A DNA stretch of 35,143 nt from the NCBI GenBank assembly GCA_032718475.1, contig JAUCBJ010006148.1, forward strand, positions 1 through 35,143, in the 5' to 3' direction. Positions 12,833-25,323 of the stretch are shown here, in pieces. A model generated the notes under the pieces. The model was given only the letters and a program-made list of their open reading frames with translations, searched no databases and was not told the DNA's origin. Position 1 is the stretch's first letter. Each line of letters begins with the position of its first letter. The position numbers were made by a program, and so were the translations under genes. The stretch comes from Nemertoderma westbladi (taxonomy: Eukaryota > Animalia > Xenacoelomorpha).

Positions 12833-13745
12833 ATGTCTGACACAAAGCAAACTACTAGGATCGGCATGCTGCATTGCAGCTGCATTTTTAAGAATGCTGT
12901 GCCGGCTTGTCAACAAAATTGCACCGCCACAACTCCCTATCACCCATGACATTTGCTAGATCATCCGCATCTTTAAGACCAGTGTCCTTTAAGATGCGTC
13001 TCAAGAAAGTCATGGGCTGTCCACCATGCTTATTCACTCCATGAGGCTGCCAAAGTACAAGATTATGCACTGGCTGGTCCTCACGGCGAAAGCAATGTCC
13101 TGCAAAGCGGAGGCGATTTTGTTCTAGTGTCAAGCTTGGGGGAACCAATGAGACACCTCCAATGTTATATAGTGTCTGGTTGGAGATGTGTGCATTGTAC
13201 TTGACACAATGAACCCGGCGTAGCATTCTTGTGAATGTGCCATCCAGAGATTTGGTGTCCTCAGCAGTTAGAGCCCAGCATGGACTCCCGTAGAGGAGTA
13301 CTGGAACTACTGCTGCTCTAAATAATCGGACCCGGACACAAAGCAAAACCTGTCAGACAGTCTCTTAGATACAACCATCTGTGACCCAGACAGGAGTGTG
13401 GAACGTGTGAGACCGAAGTTCAACTCACCTCCTACTGTAAGAAAGATCATTCCCCCAGTAGTAATATCAGAACCTAGGCTGGTCCAACACCGTAGGTCTG
13501 TCATAGGCACTAGAGCTCAGGTCAAGCGGGACCAAGAAGCAGCGGAACAGCAACAACCCGCGAGCCGAGAACTTATTTCCCAGCGGCCCGGCAGCTCCAG
13601 TAGTGAGGATACTGTAGAGCTGACACCCGAGCACGGAGCAAAGATGACAGATGCGGTTTATTCGGATCCCCTACTCATCCTTCCTGCAGCCGTACTCACT
13701 AGGGTATTGATTGCGGTGGAGGAACACCAGATTGTAGTAAAATGA
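12833..13745 (+). pseudogene. Reconstructed 138-aa ORF of unknown function, disrupted at codon 7 by the RTE insertion (possibly a retroelement ORF1/gag N-terminus)
   Basis: Deleting 12852-13347 joins ATG 12833 (context AAACAAAC-ATG) in frame to the 13398-13745 ORF: MSDTKQNLSDSLLDTTICDPDRSVERVRPK... Confidence 0.5.
12852..13334 (-). mobile_element. 5'-truncated RTE-like LINE copy (C-terminal ORF end, short 3' UTR, TAG tail) with a 13-bp TSD
   Basis: LFRAAVVPVLLYGS.CW, RLRFAGHCFRR, ending DRELWR. Direct repeat GACACAAAGCAAA at 12839-12851 and 13335-13347. Confidence 0.93.
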
Positions 13746-13904
13746 CCTATGTGTCTTGTGCTGTCTGCATCTCTGATGAATGACTTACTGTCAGGCCTAC
13801 CTGAGTGTAACTGTAGAATATGGTACAATCACACTGAACAATAGGTTCTAGGGTTACTTTCTTTGACACCATGATACCACCCATAAACCCTTCATTGAGT
13901 TTAC

Positions 13905-13910
13905 TTTATT
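13905..13910 (-). terminator. Candidate polyadenylation signal AATAAA for the GPCR gene
   Basis: TTTATT on the plus strand about 40 nt past the stop codon. Confidence 0.5.
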
Positions 13911-13950
13911 TCCCAGCGTATGTCATGCCAACTTGAAAATAAATGTAATA

Positions 13951-15408
13951 TTAGCAATAACTATCTCTCATGGCTCTTTTAATATTGCTATCAAACAAAT
14001 AATAAAGAAATGGATTGCCAACCATCATGGCTATCAGACCAACATCACTTGCAACCTCAATAAACAACTCAATATATTCATTTTTGATGTTAGCATTAAT
14101 TTCAATAAAGAAAAATACCGAATATAACAGTAAAATAAAATTTATTAGAAAGCATTGCACAAATATGCGTATTTCTCGTTTCATATTTTTTGATTTATCC
14201 TGTTTTACACTTAGCTTTGCCAAACTTTTTCTCAAATTGATTGCCCCAGCTGTGTATATAATAAGAGATACAATTACTGTAAATCCATAAGAGGATAAAT
14301 GAAGCAAATCGAATGGTTCAGTGTTTGAAGCAATAGGTACATCATTAATATATGCATACACAATATAGAAGTATGTGTATATAACTCCACCTAATCCAAA
14401 ACCAATCATCCATATACAAAACAAACTGAATCGAATTCGACCAGGGGTGTAAAAATTTCCAACTGTAGTTGTATAGGTAACCGAAAGAAACCTATTAACA
14501 GCCAATGAAAGTAGGTTAGCTAGAGTAGCGAACTCGGCAATGTAGTTGACAATGTAAACATAGTACTTCAGTTTCGGATCAATCTGTTGAAAAACAATAG
14601 AAAACATTGTTTAAATTAAATGACATTATATGATATATGGGAGAAATCTCTTATTTATAAATTATATATAGTATTTATTATAGCTATATATACTGTGGTA
14701 AACACTCTTCAGTATTGTAGTTTTGTGGAAAACATATAAGCTTTATACCAGAACATTTGTTATGCAGTAACAGCTGCCCTGCGATGCGAGCTGCAATGGA
14801 AAGCTTATTGATTTTGATGAAAAGGTCCCACCAACTCAATCGAATCCGAATGAAGTCATTAACAGAAGGCTTATGTTTTGTAAAGCTAGAGCTGCTATAG
14901 ATGTAGTAGGAAGTCTGATGTTTCCTGCATTCATTTTTTTTCGCTGGAAGAACAAGTAAACTAAAAGGTTAGTTAACTCCCAAATTTGAGAAAGCATTAA
15001 AAATTCAAATTTTCAACTCATTTGAGATGTTTACATTAGCAGGATCCCTTCCTATCTCATCTCTTCATTTTAGTATTTTGTGCACAAAAGATATATTAGT
15101 GATTTTTATTTCATTTCACAGACTGATCGCTTTTAAAATTCCCCTCGGGTATTAATTAGTGTAAGATGTAATTTGTAAGACATACTTTACAATCCCTTAT
15201 TATTTACCTGTGTCATTGCTGCTCGTAGAATTAAATATATAACATTGATAGTATCTGAAACAAACATCGACTTGATATATGTGTAGTATGGAGAGTTGAA
15301 CAATGATTTTCTTTTTATAATTACCAGTATAACCATTATGTAGAAAGGGTATAAAAGCCAAGCAGCTCCAGCTCGTATCCAGTACCAGTATGGGGGAAGT
15401 AAACCCAT
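13951..15408 (-). CDS. 7TM class-A-like chemoreceptor GPCR (resembles nematode serpentine Srx/Srv-type receptors), 2 coding exons join(15408..15208, 14583..13951), about 277 aa
   Basis: Phase-0 intron 15207-14584 with CAG|GTAAAT donor and TTTTTCAACAG| acceptor joins ...AAMTQ|IDPKLK... Seven hydrophobic segments; motifs SPYY, LAVNRF (TM3 end), REIRIFVQCF (TM6) and NPFLY (TM7). No internal stops. Confidence 0.88.
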
Positions 15409-15416
15409 GATTGATT

Positions 15417-15423
15417 CTGAAAA
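15417..15423 (-). promoter_or_regulatory. 3' splice acceptor TTTTCAG 8 nt upstream of the GPCR ATG (cis- or trans-splice site)
   Basis: Minus strand reads TTTCCCTTTTCAG|AATCAATC-ATG. Confidence 0.6.
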
Positions 15424-15502
15424 GGGAAATTAATCGAATAATTATAGATATACAATATTATGTAAATTAGAGACATACAAGATATCAGTTCTACCTTTTA
15501 CC

Positions 15503-16070
15503 TGAGCCTCTATCGGAATGTTTAGAGCGCACCGCAAGCGGAGGTCACCAGTTCGATCCCACCTGGAATTCACTGTCGAAATTACGAAAATTTGTGACTG
15601 AATCTCGTTTGGCTAGAGATCTCAACCGGTTGACTTGGTGGTGGTTGTTCAGTACGCGCTGGTGCTGGCTACTACTACCTGGGTGTATAGAGTGACTGAG
15701 GCCGGTGGAATAAAGGAGTTTGAATATACTGATAGTGATAATGTACTGGTAGTGATAATAGTAGCGCAGCTGTGGAAAACTATTCCACCTCTACTATACT
15801 GGAATAAAATGCCAACTGGTTAGAATACACTCCTGACCACTAATATATGTAAAGGGGGGATAAAGGGGGAAATATACTGGCCCTTAGGTTTACAAGTTTG
15901 TTGGCCTCCAGTCGATACACTCATTGCCATGTGCTGACCTCTCATAGGCTACTTATCACCCCTTGCATCTACCTCCCTTAGGCCTTTGGTAGCTTCTAAG
16001 CTTCTAGCCCACTGGCGAGCTGGCCCTATGGCATCATCCCTTTGCTAGTATGCCCTGTTGGATACCTTGA
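15503..16070 (+). mobile_element. Probable tRNA-derived SINE
   Basis: tRNA-like head with a degenerate A box (...TTTAGAGCG) and B box GTTCGATCCC at 15551-15560. Body more GC-rich than its flanks; internal TGTGCTGACC is reminiscent of Deu/Nin-type SINE central domains. Boundaries approximate; no TSD found. Confidence 0.55.
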
Positions 16071-16254
16071 TAGCCAATGTGGTAAATAGCCCCCCCCCCC
16101 CCCCCCCCCTCCCCCATTTTGTGGTTGGAATGCATAGCGGAATGGATCCGCTAACAAAATTCATTTAATTATTGTTTACGAAAATTATAATTATATGAAC
16201 GAACCACTCATATATACCAATAATCGATAGTTTGTTGTCCACCTCCACACATTT

Positions 16255-19200
16255 GGCCATTATTGAAAACCCCATTTTGTCAGGGACAGAAAAATGGTGC
16301 ATTAAATTCGCTCGTAATTCTTATTGAGCCATATTATTTTATAAAAAAAAGTTGCTAAAATTGAAGCATCATATACCCTATAGACTTAGATATGTTTTTG
16401 AGTAAATATAACCAAATTAGAGCCTGATATTCAACTCGATATTTTCGTCAGGGGCAGACTTGGTAAACTGCTCAGTAGTTTTACAGTTAAGTTATCAATT
16501 TCAGATATCTATCAAGATAATTGCAATTTCGTAGCTTTGAACTTAAAAAAAAGCTATGGAATCTTATTGCGGTCACATTACAACCGAAAAAATAGGTATT
16601 TCTCATATAGGCTGCAAGATATTTCCAAAAAAAATGTATATCTTGTCAGGGACAGACATGTCAGGGACAAACATATTTTTATACCAGAAATAGTATATTT
16701 CGTTGTAGATTTACAAGTAAACAAAAGTGATATACAGTAATTATCGGTAAGATTTACAACCGTAGTATATTTTACTACATAAGTATACAGTATATCCATA
16801 AAAGTGTTGATATACACAATAATGTACGAGTTGCTAGGTGTTAGGATTGTTCTCAACCTATTTACTTTGAGTTCTGGAATTACTTAATGAGTCCATAAAT
16901 GCTGAGGTTTGTGTCAAATTTATAGACACCCCCGACCTGACACTACGGGATTAGGTAGTAGTCCACATATGGCAAGTGTCTTGACGTCACAGATGTCATC
17001 AACATCTGGCCAACGAAATACTATTATGACCTCAGCCGTTAACCATGAGTAAGTTAAGGTTTTTCTCATGAATTTGATTGTGACAATTTCCCCACTAATG
17101 GATTGAACTAAAACCTATACACTGAAATGTTTCATCTCCCAAAAACTCCACAACAACGTAAGCCCCCACCACAATGTCAGCCCTTAATGGATATCTAACA
17201 CCTCGATATGTAGCCATGCCGTTGATTGTCGAAATAACTGGTTCATTATCTATCTCAAAATTACTATGACGGTAAAACTGTAAACTGTTATTATCATTCC
17301 TGCACACATGGTGAACCTGATGTGTTGATTCAACAGAAGGGGCAACTTCAATGGCACTCATAAGCTCGCCACGGTGTTTGTCAATATCTTTCTTATCCAA
17401 ATATGTCACATTAGATTTTACATACTTGTCACCATATTCGGCAAAGTGGCGGGCATCTTTCAGTACAACTTTCCCGGCGAGTACATCTCGGTATACTTTA
17501 CATTATAAGGTGCCACCTATTCCATCATGTGGTCCCTTAAAGTGGTGTGCTTCTCCGTAACTCCATGTGATTTCAAGATTGGATGGATATAGTTGAAGTA
17601 ATGCAAAGGTGAATCTAGAGCGGAACTGGCCGCCTACAACCATCTGACCAAAAGTGAACACGTTTTAAATGGTATGGTGATACTAGATCTCTTGATACAT
17701 CGCTGACGAATTTGTCATGTTTAATTTCATTTGAGACCACAACAAACGACTTAACCCTCAGATTGTTGTCACCACGTTCATCATTATCTAATAAGTCATT
17801 CGATTCTTCACTATTAGAAGAAGTATTAGTTGGAGGAAAATAATAGACTACAGCTGTGAAGAGTGAAGAGTTTTCATGTCCAAAGAAAGCATTTTGAATT
17901 TCATGGTGCTGTTCATTGGTGTAATTGTGTGCAAAATCGAGAGAAGCCCTAGCCATACTACCAACTGGTAGGGTTTTCTTTAGATATCGTAATTCAGTGT
18001 GTTGGCGCTTATAAGAAAACATATGTCTCCTAAAGTTAATGAGTTGTTTTTTAAGTATCTCAACAAATTCATTTCCAGCTGATTCCATAAGAACTTTCTT
18101 ATGTTATTTATTTTCTTTAGATATCGTAATTCAGCATTATCACCAGTAGACTTTAAGCAAGGGTGCAAATTGTTCAAGAGCTCAGCTGGTTTCTTACACA
18201 ATGAACCAGTCTTCTCCAACAGCAATTCTAAGTTCTCGCATGTATCACACCTACAATTGTCCTTTGGAATACTTCCATTAAGAAAAATATGTTTTGTTTC
18301 ATTTACAATTTTCTGCAAAGCATGGTACGTTAATGGTCCTTTCTCTTTCTTGTATAATTCAAGAGTCTCTGTCAATGTCCACAACAAATAATGCTTTGGT
18401 TTGTAAACTGACAGACTATTGATTTTTCCTATGTATACAGTATATTTTCTGCTCGGGCAACAGTAACTGACATCTGGGGATTCAAGAAAAGTCACGATGT
18501 CTTTCGGACTTGCAGTGTTCAACGATGGACGACCACCTAAAGGTGTTTTAACAACGAAAGATTTGCTAGTTGGTGACAAACTTGAAACAATAGAACCTAA
18601 AACTTTATTCCTCTCGTGAGGAGAAGAACATAACACCCGGACAACTTGATTAACAGACCTGCTTAATGATTGCCTGTTGGCAAATCCAGAAGTACTCGGA
18701 GTTGCGAAGGGCTTATCGGTTGGGGATTTTTCTTCTGCAATCTCTTTGTCAACTTTTGTTTCCTATAATTTTCTTTGACACTCTCGTATTTCTCAACATT
18801 GGTCTCTTTCAGTTTTTGTCGGTACTTTTGCCTCCTTTTTCGCTCAATTTCTTTATATGTAATGTCACCTAATTTATCCCGTTTTCTCACTGCACTTGCG
18901 GCCTGTCTTTCTCTGCCTGTCTTGGCCATAAGTATATATCACAAAACGCCATCACGGCCATCACAAAACGAATGCATTTGTACATACTGGACAACTGAAA
19001 TCCTACTGTATGACTAACTACAACTATCTATGTACTTCTCTATGTCTTGATAGGACTTGCTGAACAACGCTACAGTAGTAAAAAACTTACATCAACTTAC
19101 TTAACAACTTACAGCCAGTGAGCGGCGAGAAGACACCCAGAAAGCACTCTCGTCAGGGACAGGTAGTAGTATTACCTACAGTAACGTCAGGGACAGACAT

Positions 19201-19424
19201 AAATTTTTGACCTGTCAGCATACTGCAAATGTGAAGTTAGGCTAACAGGCAAAACAACAAAGTTGAGCATAAGTAAAATCCGATAAATTAGAAGAAACCA
19301 TTGTCACACATGATTTAAAATTCCCACCAAAGTAAAGAAACGAGAAAAGAGAAAAGTTGTGAAAAGCTTGAGAAAAGTTATTTTGAAAAATGACTGAAAA
19401 TGTTACACGTTTTCAATAATGGCC
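16255..19424 (-). mobile_element. Sola2-like DNA transposon, copy 2, structurally complete (3170 bp)
   Basis: 16-bp TIR GGCCATTATTGAAAAC (16255-16270 / 19409-19424), 4-bp TSD ATTT (16251-16254, 19425-19428), repeated subterminal GTCAGGGACAG motifs, internal transposase. Confidence 0.92.
16880..18929 (-). pseudogene. Frameshifted DDD-type (Sola2-like) transposase
   Basis: Basic N-terminus MAKTGRERQ..., CRCDTCENL, SLDFAHNY, EIQNAFFG, KHDK, FWSDGC, AHHFKGPHDGIGGT and C-terminal GAYVVVEF. Broken into at least four ORFs. Confidence 0.88.
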
Positions 19425-20638
19425 ATTTGTGAACATTATTGTTGTGTTTTAGATATACATATTTCCTGCCAATTTAATTATGGCACATCAAGTAGTTGGC
19501 GATTACCACTTACCCTTCCCTGATAGCAATGATTGATAGCAGTAATTATGTACAGTGAATTAATACCTACAGTATTACTTTATTAGTGCAGTGTGCCATC
19601 CTTGTGCTATAAACGTTATCCTGATAGCCAACAACCACAGCTATTTTATTGAATCTATACGTACTGTTTTTGCATTATAGCTATCGTGGAATTTCACATC
19701 GACGGGTCAATGGCAACGTGTTTACATAAACTATGTCTTATGTTGGAGTTTTTCTCACCCACGGGCACCGCAATGGATATTGAAAATTTGGAGGATACAT
19801 TAAGTAACACACAGAACCTGATTGAGGAAACAGCCATGAGTTGTAGGCTAAAAAGAAAGACGTAAAAGAACCAGATATTATTAGCTCGTCCTCGATAGAA
19901 ACGCATTACATATTCAGGTAATGAAGCTAATATGGAAGGAATTGGATTGCAAGGGGAACTTATCGGTGGAAGTATCGGGCGCCAAAAAACCGAATGAAGA
20001 AGAATTTGTAAATAATTTTCAGTCACTTCTAAACCCAGAGGTTGCAAATGTTGGTAACAAAACCGCAAAAGAAGATCATTAATCGGAAAACACATTAAAA
20101 AAATCTGATGAAAAAAAAAGAATCACGAAATTCATTCCTCATTATAACCGAAAAGTACTACATTATGTATTCGAATTTATTCCATCTAAAATTTCGATCG
20201 ATCTAAAATAATTGTCGATAAATCAATTCATAATTCGCACTACAGCAGCATTCCATAAATTATCTCCATATAATCAGAACTCTAGTACAATGAACAACAG
20301 TTGTTTTTGCAATTGTAATTGGAATGTACGTACAGCATTATCTTGTCAACGGATATTTCACCCACCTTTATAAGTTTGGAACATTTCATTCTGTGAACTG
20401 TGTGAAAAATATTTACACTAGTTCGACCCCTATTTCCATTCCTTACATGATTTCAACGTCCAATAATATAATAAAATAATATATGTGTTTGTATATGTGC
20501 TTGAGTGTGTGAGCATGTACCAACCTGTCCTCATGATAATCTTGTTCTGTTAACTTGGTCATTCCTTCACGACTGCCTATTTAGCTCGTTGTGCCTTTAT
20601 AAGACCCTACCCTATAGGTTTAGTGAATGACCTACTGT

Positions 20639-23600
20639 CTATTATTATTAATTTTTACTCCAGGCCGAAGCACATAAAAACAAACAACGACTGAAGTCTG
20701 AAAGTACATGCTGACATTCCCGAAATCTACCAGGCCTACTGCACTACACTTACGAATTCTACCCAAATAATGTCAGTAAATTAAGCGAGCGAGTTTGCTT
20801 CTCTACTATCCAGTGTAATTTCCACGATTAGAATGGTAAAGGATAAAAGAAGCACATCAAGCAACAATGAAAAATATATGCCAGACAGCTTAACATGAAT
20901 GAACGCATTATTCATGGCCATGCTAGGTCGGGTTACGGATGCACAGAGTGAAACAATACAAGCAAAAAATGAGTCTCTCGAAAACAAGGAAAAACTATCC
21001 ATGCTAGATACCCAACTGCCCAGATAGAAGTCACCTAGGCGTTACTTCTTTTAGAGACGCTATCCAACAAACGTCGCAGCAAAGCACAACCCGCCTAACA
21101 CGCAACGATTCAATTAATCCCACGCCTCTCCATAGTTCTACCCACCCAGACCGTCGATCTCTTATTGCTCGAAGAAGTAACAATTACACGAATACTGAGT
21201 TTGTATCTCCGAGTGGTGCAAGATTTGCTGAGCGGAACTCGACTCAGGGTTCCGGAATTATTCGTGGGAAGCGAGAGGGTGGGGCGCTGCGTGCTGCACC
21301 GGAACCTCAATTAACTATTCGACCTTCGATCCCCCGGAAAGCACATATTCATTTGGGACGTGTAAGTCTCGACGAGAGCGAAGAATCAGTATCTTCTTAC
21401 ATTTCCAGTTTAGAGACTCCTATCGATGCTATTTATGGCCTACCGGTATACCCAGATTCCATCCATAAGAGTTTTCACCTAGTATGTGCTCAAGAACATC
21501 GTGAGGAATTAATGAACCCCGCAAACTGGGAACGTGGCATTACAATTAAGAATTACCGGATGTCCGATGGGGGATGCATTAAGTTCGGGCTGCGGCCGCG
21601 GAAAAGACCAGAACATTTAATCCTACAGGCTACCACGTCATGGGCAGATGCTATATCTGGAAAGAGAAATACAGCCTTATGTAACACGGGAATTACTGTT
21701 CGCCCCGATAGAGTAGAGCTTCACGGAACCCGAAGCCCCGGCGCTTCGGGGTCGGGGGACTGTTGAGCTCTAATCTACCCTCTGCAGTAAACTCAGCCCC
21801 CCTGTAAATGGCGACCCGGCAACTGTATCAACAATGACTCTCTGGAATGTGGAGGGTTTAAAATCTGTTTATAGTTTATCTCATGAGGACCCAATATTTG
21901 ACTCTGACGTTTTGTTGTTCACAGAAACTATGGTCACTGAAAACTATGATATTCCGGATTTTTATTGCATTGAATCCCTCGCAACGCGCCCGCATTCCGG
22001 AAAAGGGAGGCCCATGGGGGGTATAACAGTAGCGGTCAAACCGTGGCTCAAACCTAGGCTATTATATAAAGATAACTCCTCCGTGATAGTAATGACAATG
22101 GATGGAATATTTGCCTGTTGCTACTTTCCTCCCTTGTTAACTCTTGAAGACTTCATTGATGGGGTTGTCACAGTTCTGGACAATATACCAGAGGATCATG
22201 ATGGACGTATAACGGTAGCGGGAGATTTTAACGCTAGGCTCGATGTTGAAGACCACAATAAGGCTGTTGCTTTAGAAGAACTTATGGTCGACTTTGGTCT
22301 GTCGTCTCAAACTGATAATACCCAACCGACATACTTTTGCCACAATGGGAGTAGTGTGATCGATAGAATATACTCGAACAAAGACGTAGCCACTGTCAAA
22401 TATAAACCTTACGAAAACACATTCCAATCTCAGCATCGTGGACACGAAGTGAGCCAGTGAACACTCCGATATCTACATCCTCAAGTAATGTCTGAAGGAA
22501 GCGAGAAGCAGATATTGACAAACTCAGTGCTGATCCTCGGTTAGAACATGTTCTTGAACACCTTATATGCGGGGAAACAGATTATGCATATGAGGAATTA
22601 TCGGAATGTATCAGAGACTCTGCTCCTCTAAAAATAACAGTCAAGCATACAGCCAAAGACTGGTTTGATGGCGAGTGCTATACGGCTAGGGTGGAAGTTC
22701 TTTCCTTAAATGCAGCTGCAAAAAAAGACCCTTCAATAAGAAAACAAGTGTGTACTTCAAAACGTCACTACAAGAACCTATTGAAAGAGAAACAGAATCA
22801 AGCAGTGGAGAAAATGAACTAAATTTGATCTGGGAAGTAGAAAGAAAACCATATAAATGGTGCAAGAAAAGAAGTAACCAATCTAGCTGTCCAATTGAGT
22901 TAGATACGGTATTAGTACGTTTGAACGACACTAGCCAAACAATCCTGAAATCAGATAGAAACTGATAAAAATTGTTACCGGTACCGGTATATCAGTATTG
23001 TTAGGCCTACTGTTACTTACTGGGCCTACTGTTAGTGTACTGTACTCGTGTACTGGGAAACTTATCGAGACTGAGGAGCGCGCTATTGAGTTTGCACAAA
23101 GCGTGGAGCTTCTCCCCCGAACTCTACAACAAAATGGGCAACCAACCCTACGTCTTTGTCCTTTTCCGCCATTTCCGGGTTGTACTGCGCAATCTAAAAT
23201 TACGCTGGTGAAGGACAGGGGATTCATGCGGCTTGTTTGGCGTTGTTCCGGTGCTAATAAGAACAAGCTGACAAGCGAACTGCACGTTCTGGAACGTGGT
23301 TTGAGAAGAGTCGATTCGCGGTGTGAATGTTGGCATAACAAACGCCACCAACCCGTGGTCTGATGCCAATGGAACAGGGACCTACATACATGAAACCGTC
23401 AACCATTCGTTAGAGTGGGTGAGTGCGACAGGCACCCACACTCAACGTATAGTTAGAGTCGATGTGGGGCCACTTAAAGACGTCAGTCATCCGCAATAAG
23501 AATTAAATGCACAACACCACAACATATTGCTGGCCACCTGGCAGAATTTCGGTGGAGACTTTTAAATCGCGACCGACCTTTCTCAAATCTCCTTGCATTT

Positions 23601-25323
23601 TTCAAACATTACTGCCCTTGCTGAATGTATACCATAACCAACCCAAACGGCCCTTTTCAGGGCCAACAAATGAAATAAACAACCGTATCGCAACAGCATT
23701 TTTACAATAAGATACACCCCCAGTCGGAGTAAATATTAATTATAATATTGGTAATGTTTTACGGTAGAATGTAATTAAGATTACATACGCGCACAGTAAA
23801 TCGTAATTAAACTAATAGATTAAGCTAAAATATTACATAAGTAATTAATAGTAGTAAATAATAGTATGATAATAGTAGTAGTAATATTAATCACATTATA
23901 ATAATACATTCCCTTCAAAGAACTTAATAAATAATGCCCATGCAATCCGCAAGGTGGTGCACAATACTGCTATACCGGTACCGGTACCATTATTTATCTG
24001 ATTTTAGGCTTGTTTGGCTAGTGTCGTTCAAACGTACTAATACCGTTAGATACATGGGAGTCCCACTTCGGTGCTATCCTTAAATCGGAAGAATCCGAGG
24101 ATCTGACACCAAATGAAGAAACCAGTGACACGGAAATTGACAGCGATGAAGACATAGATCCTTCACAAAAGAGGAAGTCGCCTCAGTTATAAATGATAGA
24201 AAACCTAATAAATCCAGTGGCCTGGATAATTTTCAGTATGAAATGTTTAAGTGTGCTGTTTCCCAGCTACACTATTTCTATGGACTCTATTGTTTAATAT
24301 CTGTCTTTCAACTGGATCCCTTGTTGAAATCTGGAAAGAAAGCCTCATGAAGGTCCTCTACAAGGGCAAAGGCGATAGAGATGACCCAAACTCATACAGG
24401 GGTATTTACTTACTATATAACGCTTACAAACTTTTTACCTGTCTTATTGAGAAGAGGCTGCGAAATAAAATAGATTCAAAAATACCAACAGAGTAACAAA
24501 TTCACCTTCAATGGAAAGCAAAATGAAGATAGAAAATTCTTATAAATATCTAGGAGTAACACTACAAACAAAATTAAGCTTCTCTAAACACATCACCAAT
24601 CACAATCGTATGTAAATCACTGACCGCCGTTCACTCAATTTCAAAGCCTAACTAACATGCTGTCTCTCAACACTGCCCTCAAATTATTTGAACTGAAAGT
24701 AAGTCCAATAGCAACGTACAGTCTCCGCGAAATATAGCCCTTCTTAACTGCGAATAATTTACATTATATAGATAAAATCTTGGCATCGTATCTAAAGAAA
24801 GTCCTAGGTTTACATAAATCTACGAAGAACCGACTGGTATTTGGATTGTGTGACACCAAATAATACGCTGTCTCGATTAAAGAAAAATTGAACTTGACCT
24901 GCACTGAAGAATACAATAAATATATCCAGCAGCTCGACGAGAAAATACAAGAAATTCCATCTGCGTTCTGGAACAACAGGGCATTTACTGACCGGACATG
25001 GACGAACGCAAATAAGAAAAACCGCCACATTGTAACTAGGTTTGCGATACACGGGTTCCATCAACTCATATGCACTAACCGAGATTATCACGCACAGTCC
25101 GACGACTGTGTTTGCCGTTTGTGTGAAGGTCAAGCTTCTCTCTACCATCTACCCGATTGTAGGAACAACCATCCTAGCCTAAATGAGTGGTCTTCAGTAA
25201 GAATCTAACTAACTCAATCTAACCTATGTTTAATTTTATTAAATTTTATTAATTTATGAGTTAATTATTCTTGTTCCTAAATTATTTTATCTGCCCCCAG
25301 TTTGGCGTAATACAAATCATATA
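20639..25323 (+). mobile_element. End-to-end LINE (ORF1 relic, APE, RT with large internal deletion, C-terminal CCHC), RTEX/CR1-like, 15-bp TSD
   Basis: TSD TGAATGACCTACTGT at 20624-20638 and 25324-25338. ORF1 motif ELMNPANWERGITIK. APE motifs WNVEGL, FTET, GRPMGG, AGDFNAR, SVIDRIY (21834-22460). RT motif KVLYKGKG..DPNSYRGI, then a jump at about 24495 to YKYLGVTL (YADD region missing). CRLC...HLPDC before the stop at 25208. Confidence 0.93.
22908..24044. mobile_element. Non-autonomous DNA transposon with long TIRs and a 9-bp TSD (MULE- or Merlin-type), 1137 bp
   Basis: TIR GGTATTAGTACGTTTGAACGACACTAGCCAAACAA is perfect for 35 bp and imperfect to about 90 bp. TSD GTTAGATAC at 22899-22907 and 24045-24053. 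Removal restores the LINE peptide CPIELDTWESHF. Confidence 0.93.

Noticed and set aside
6689-13334. The two RTE pieces as one element broken by an inversion
   Set aside because: The 12852-13334 piece has its own 13-bp TSD, so it is an independent 5'-truncated insertion.
15503-15570. Functional tRNA gene
   Set aside because: Only a B box and a weak A box; no complete cloverleaf. It continues into a SINE-like body.
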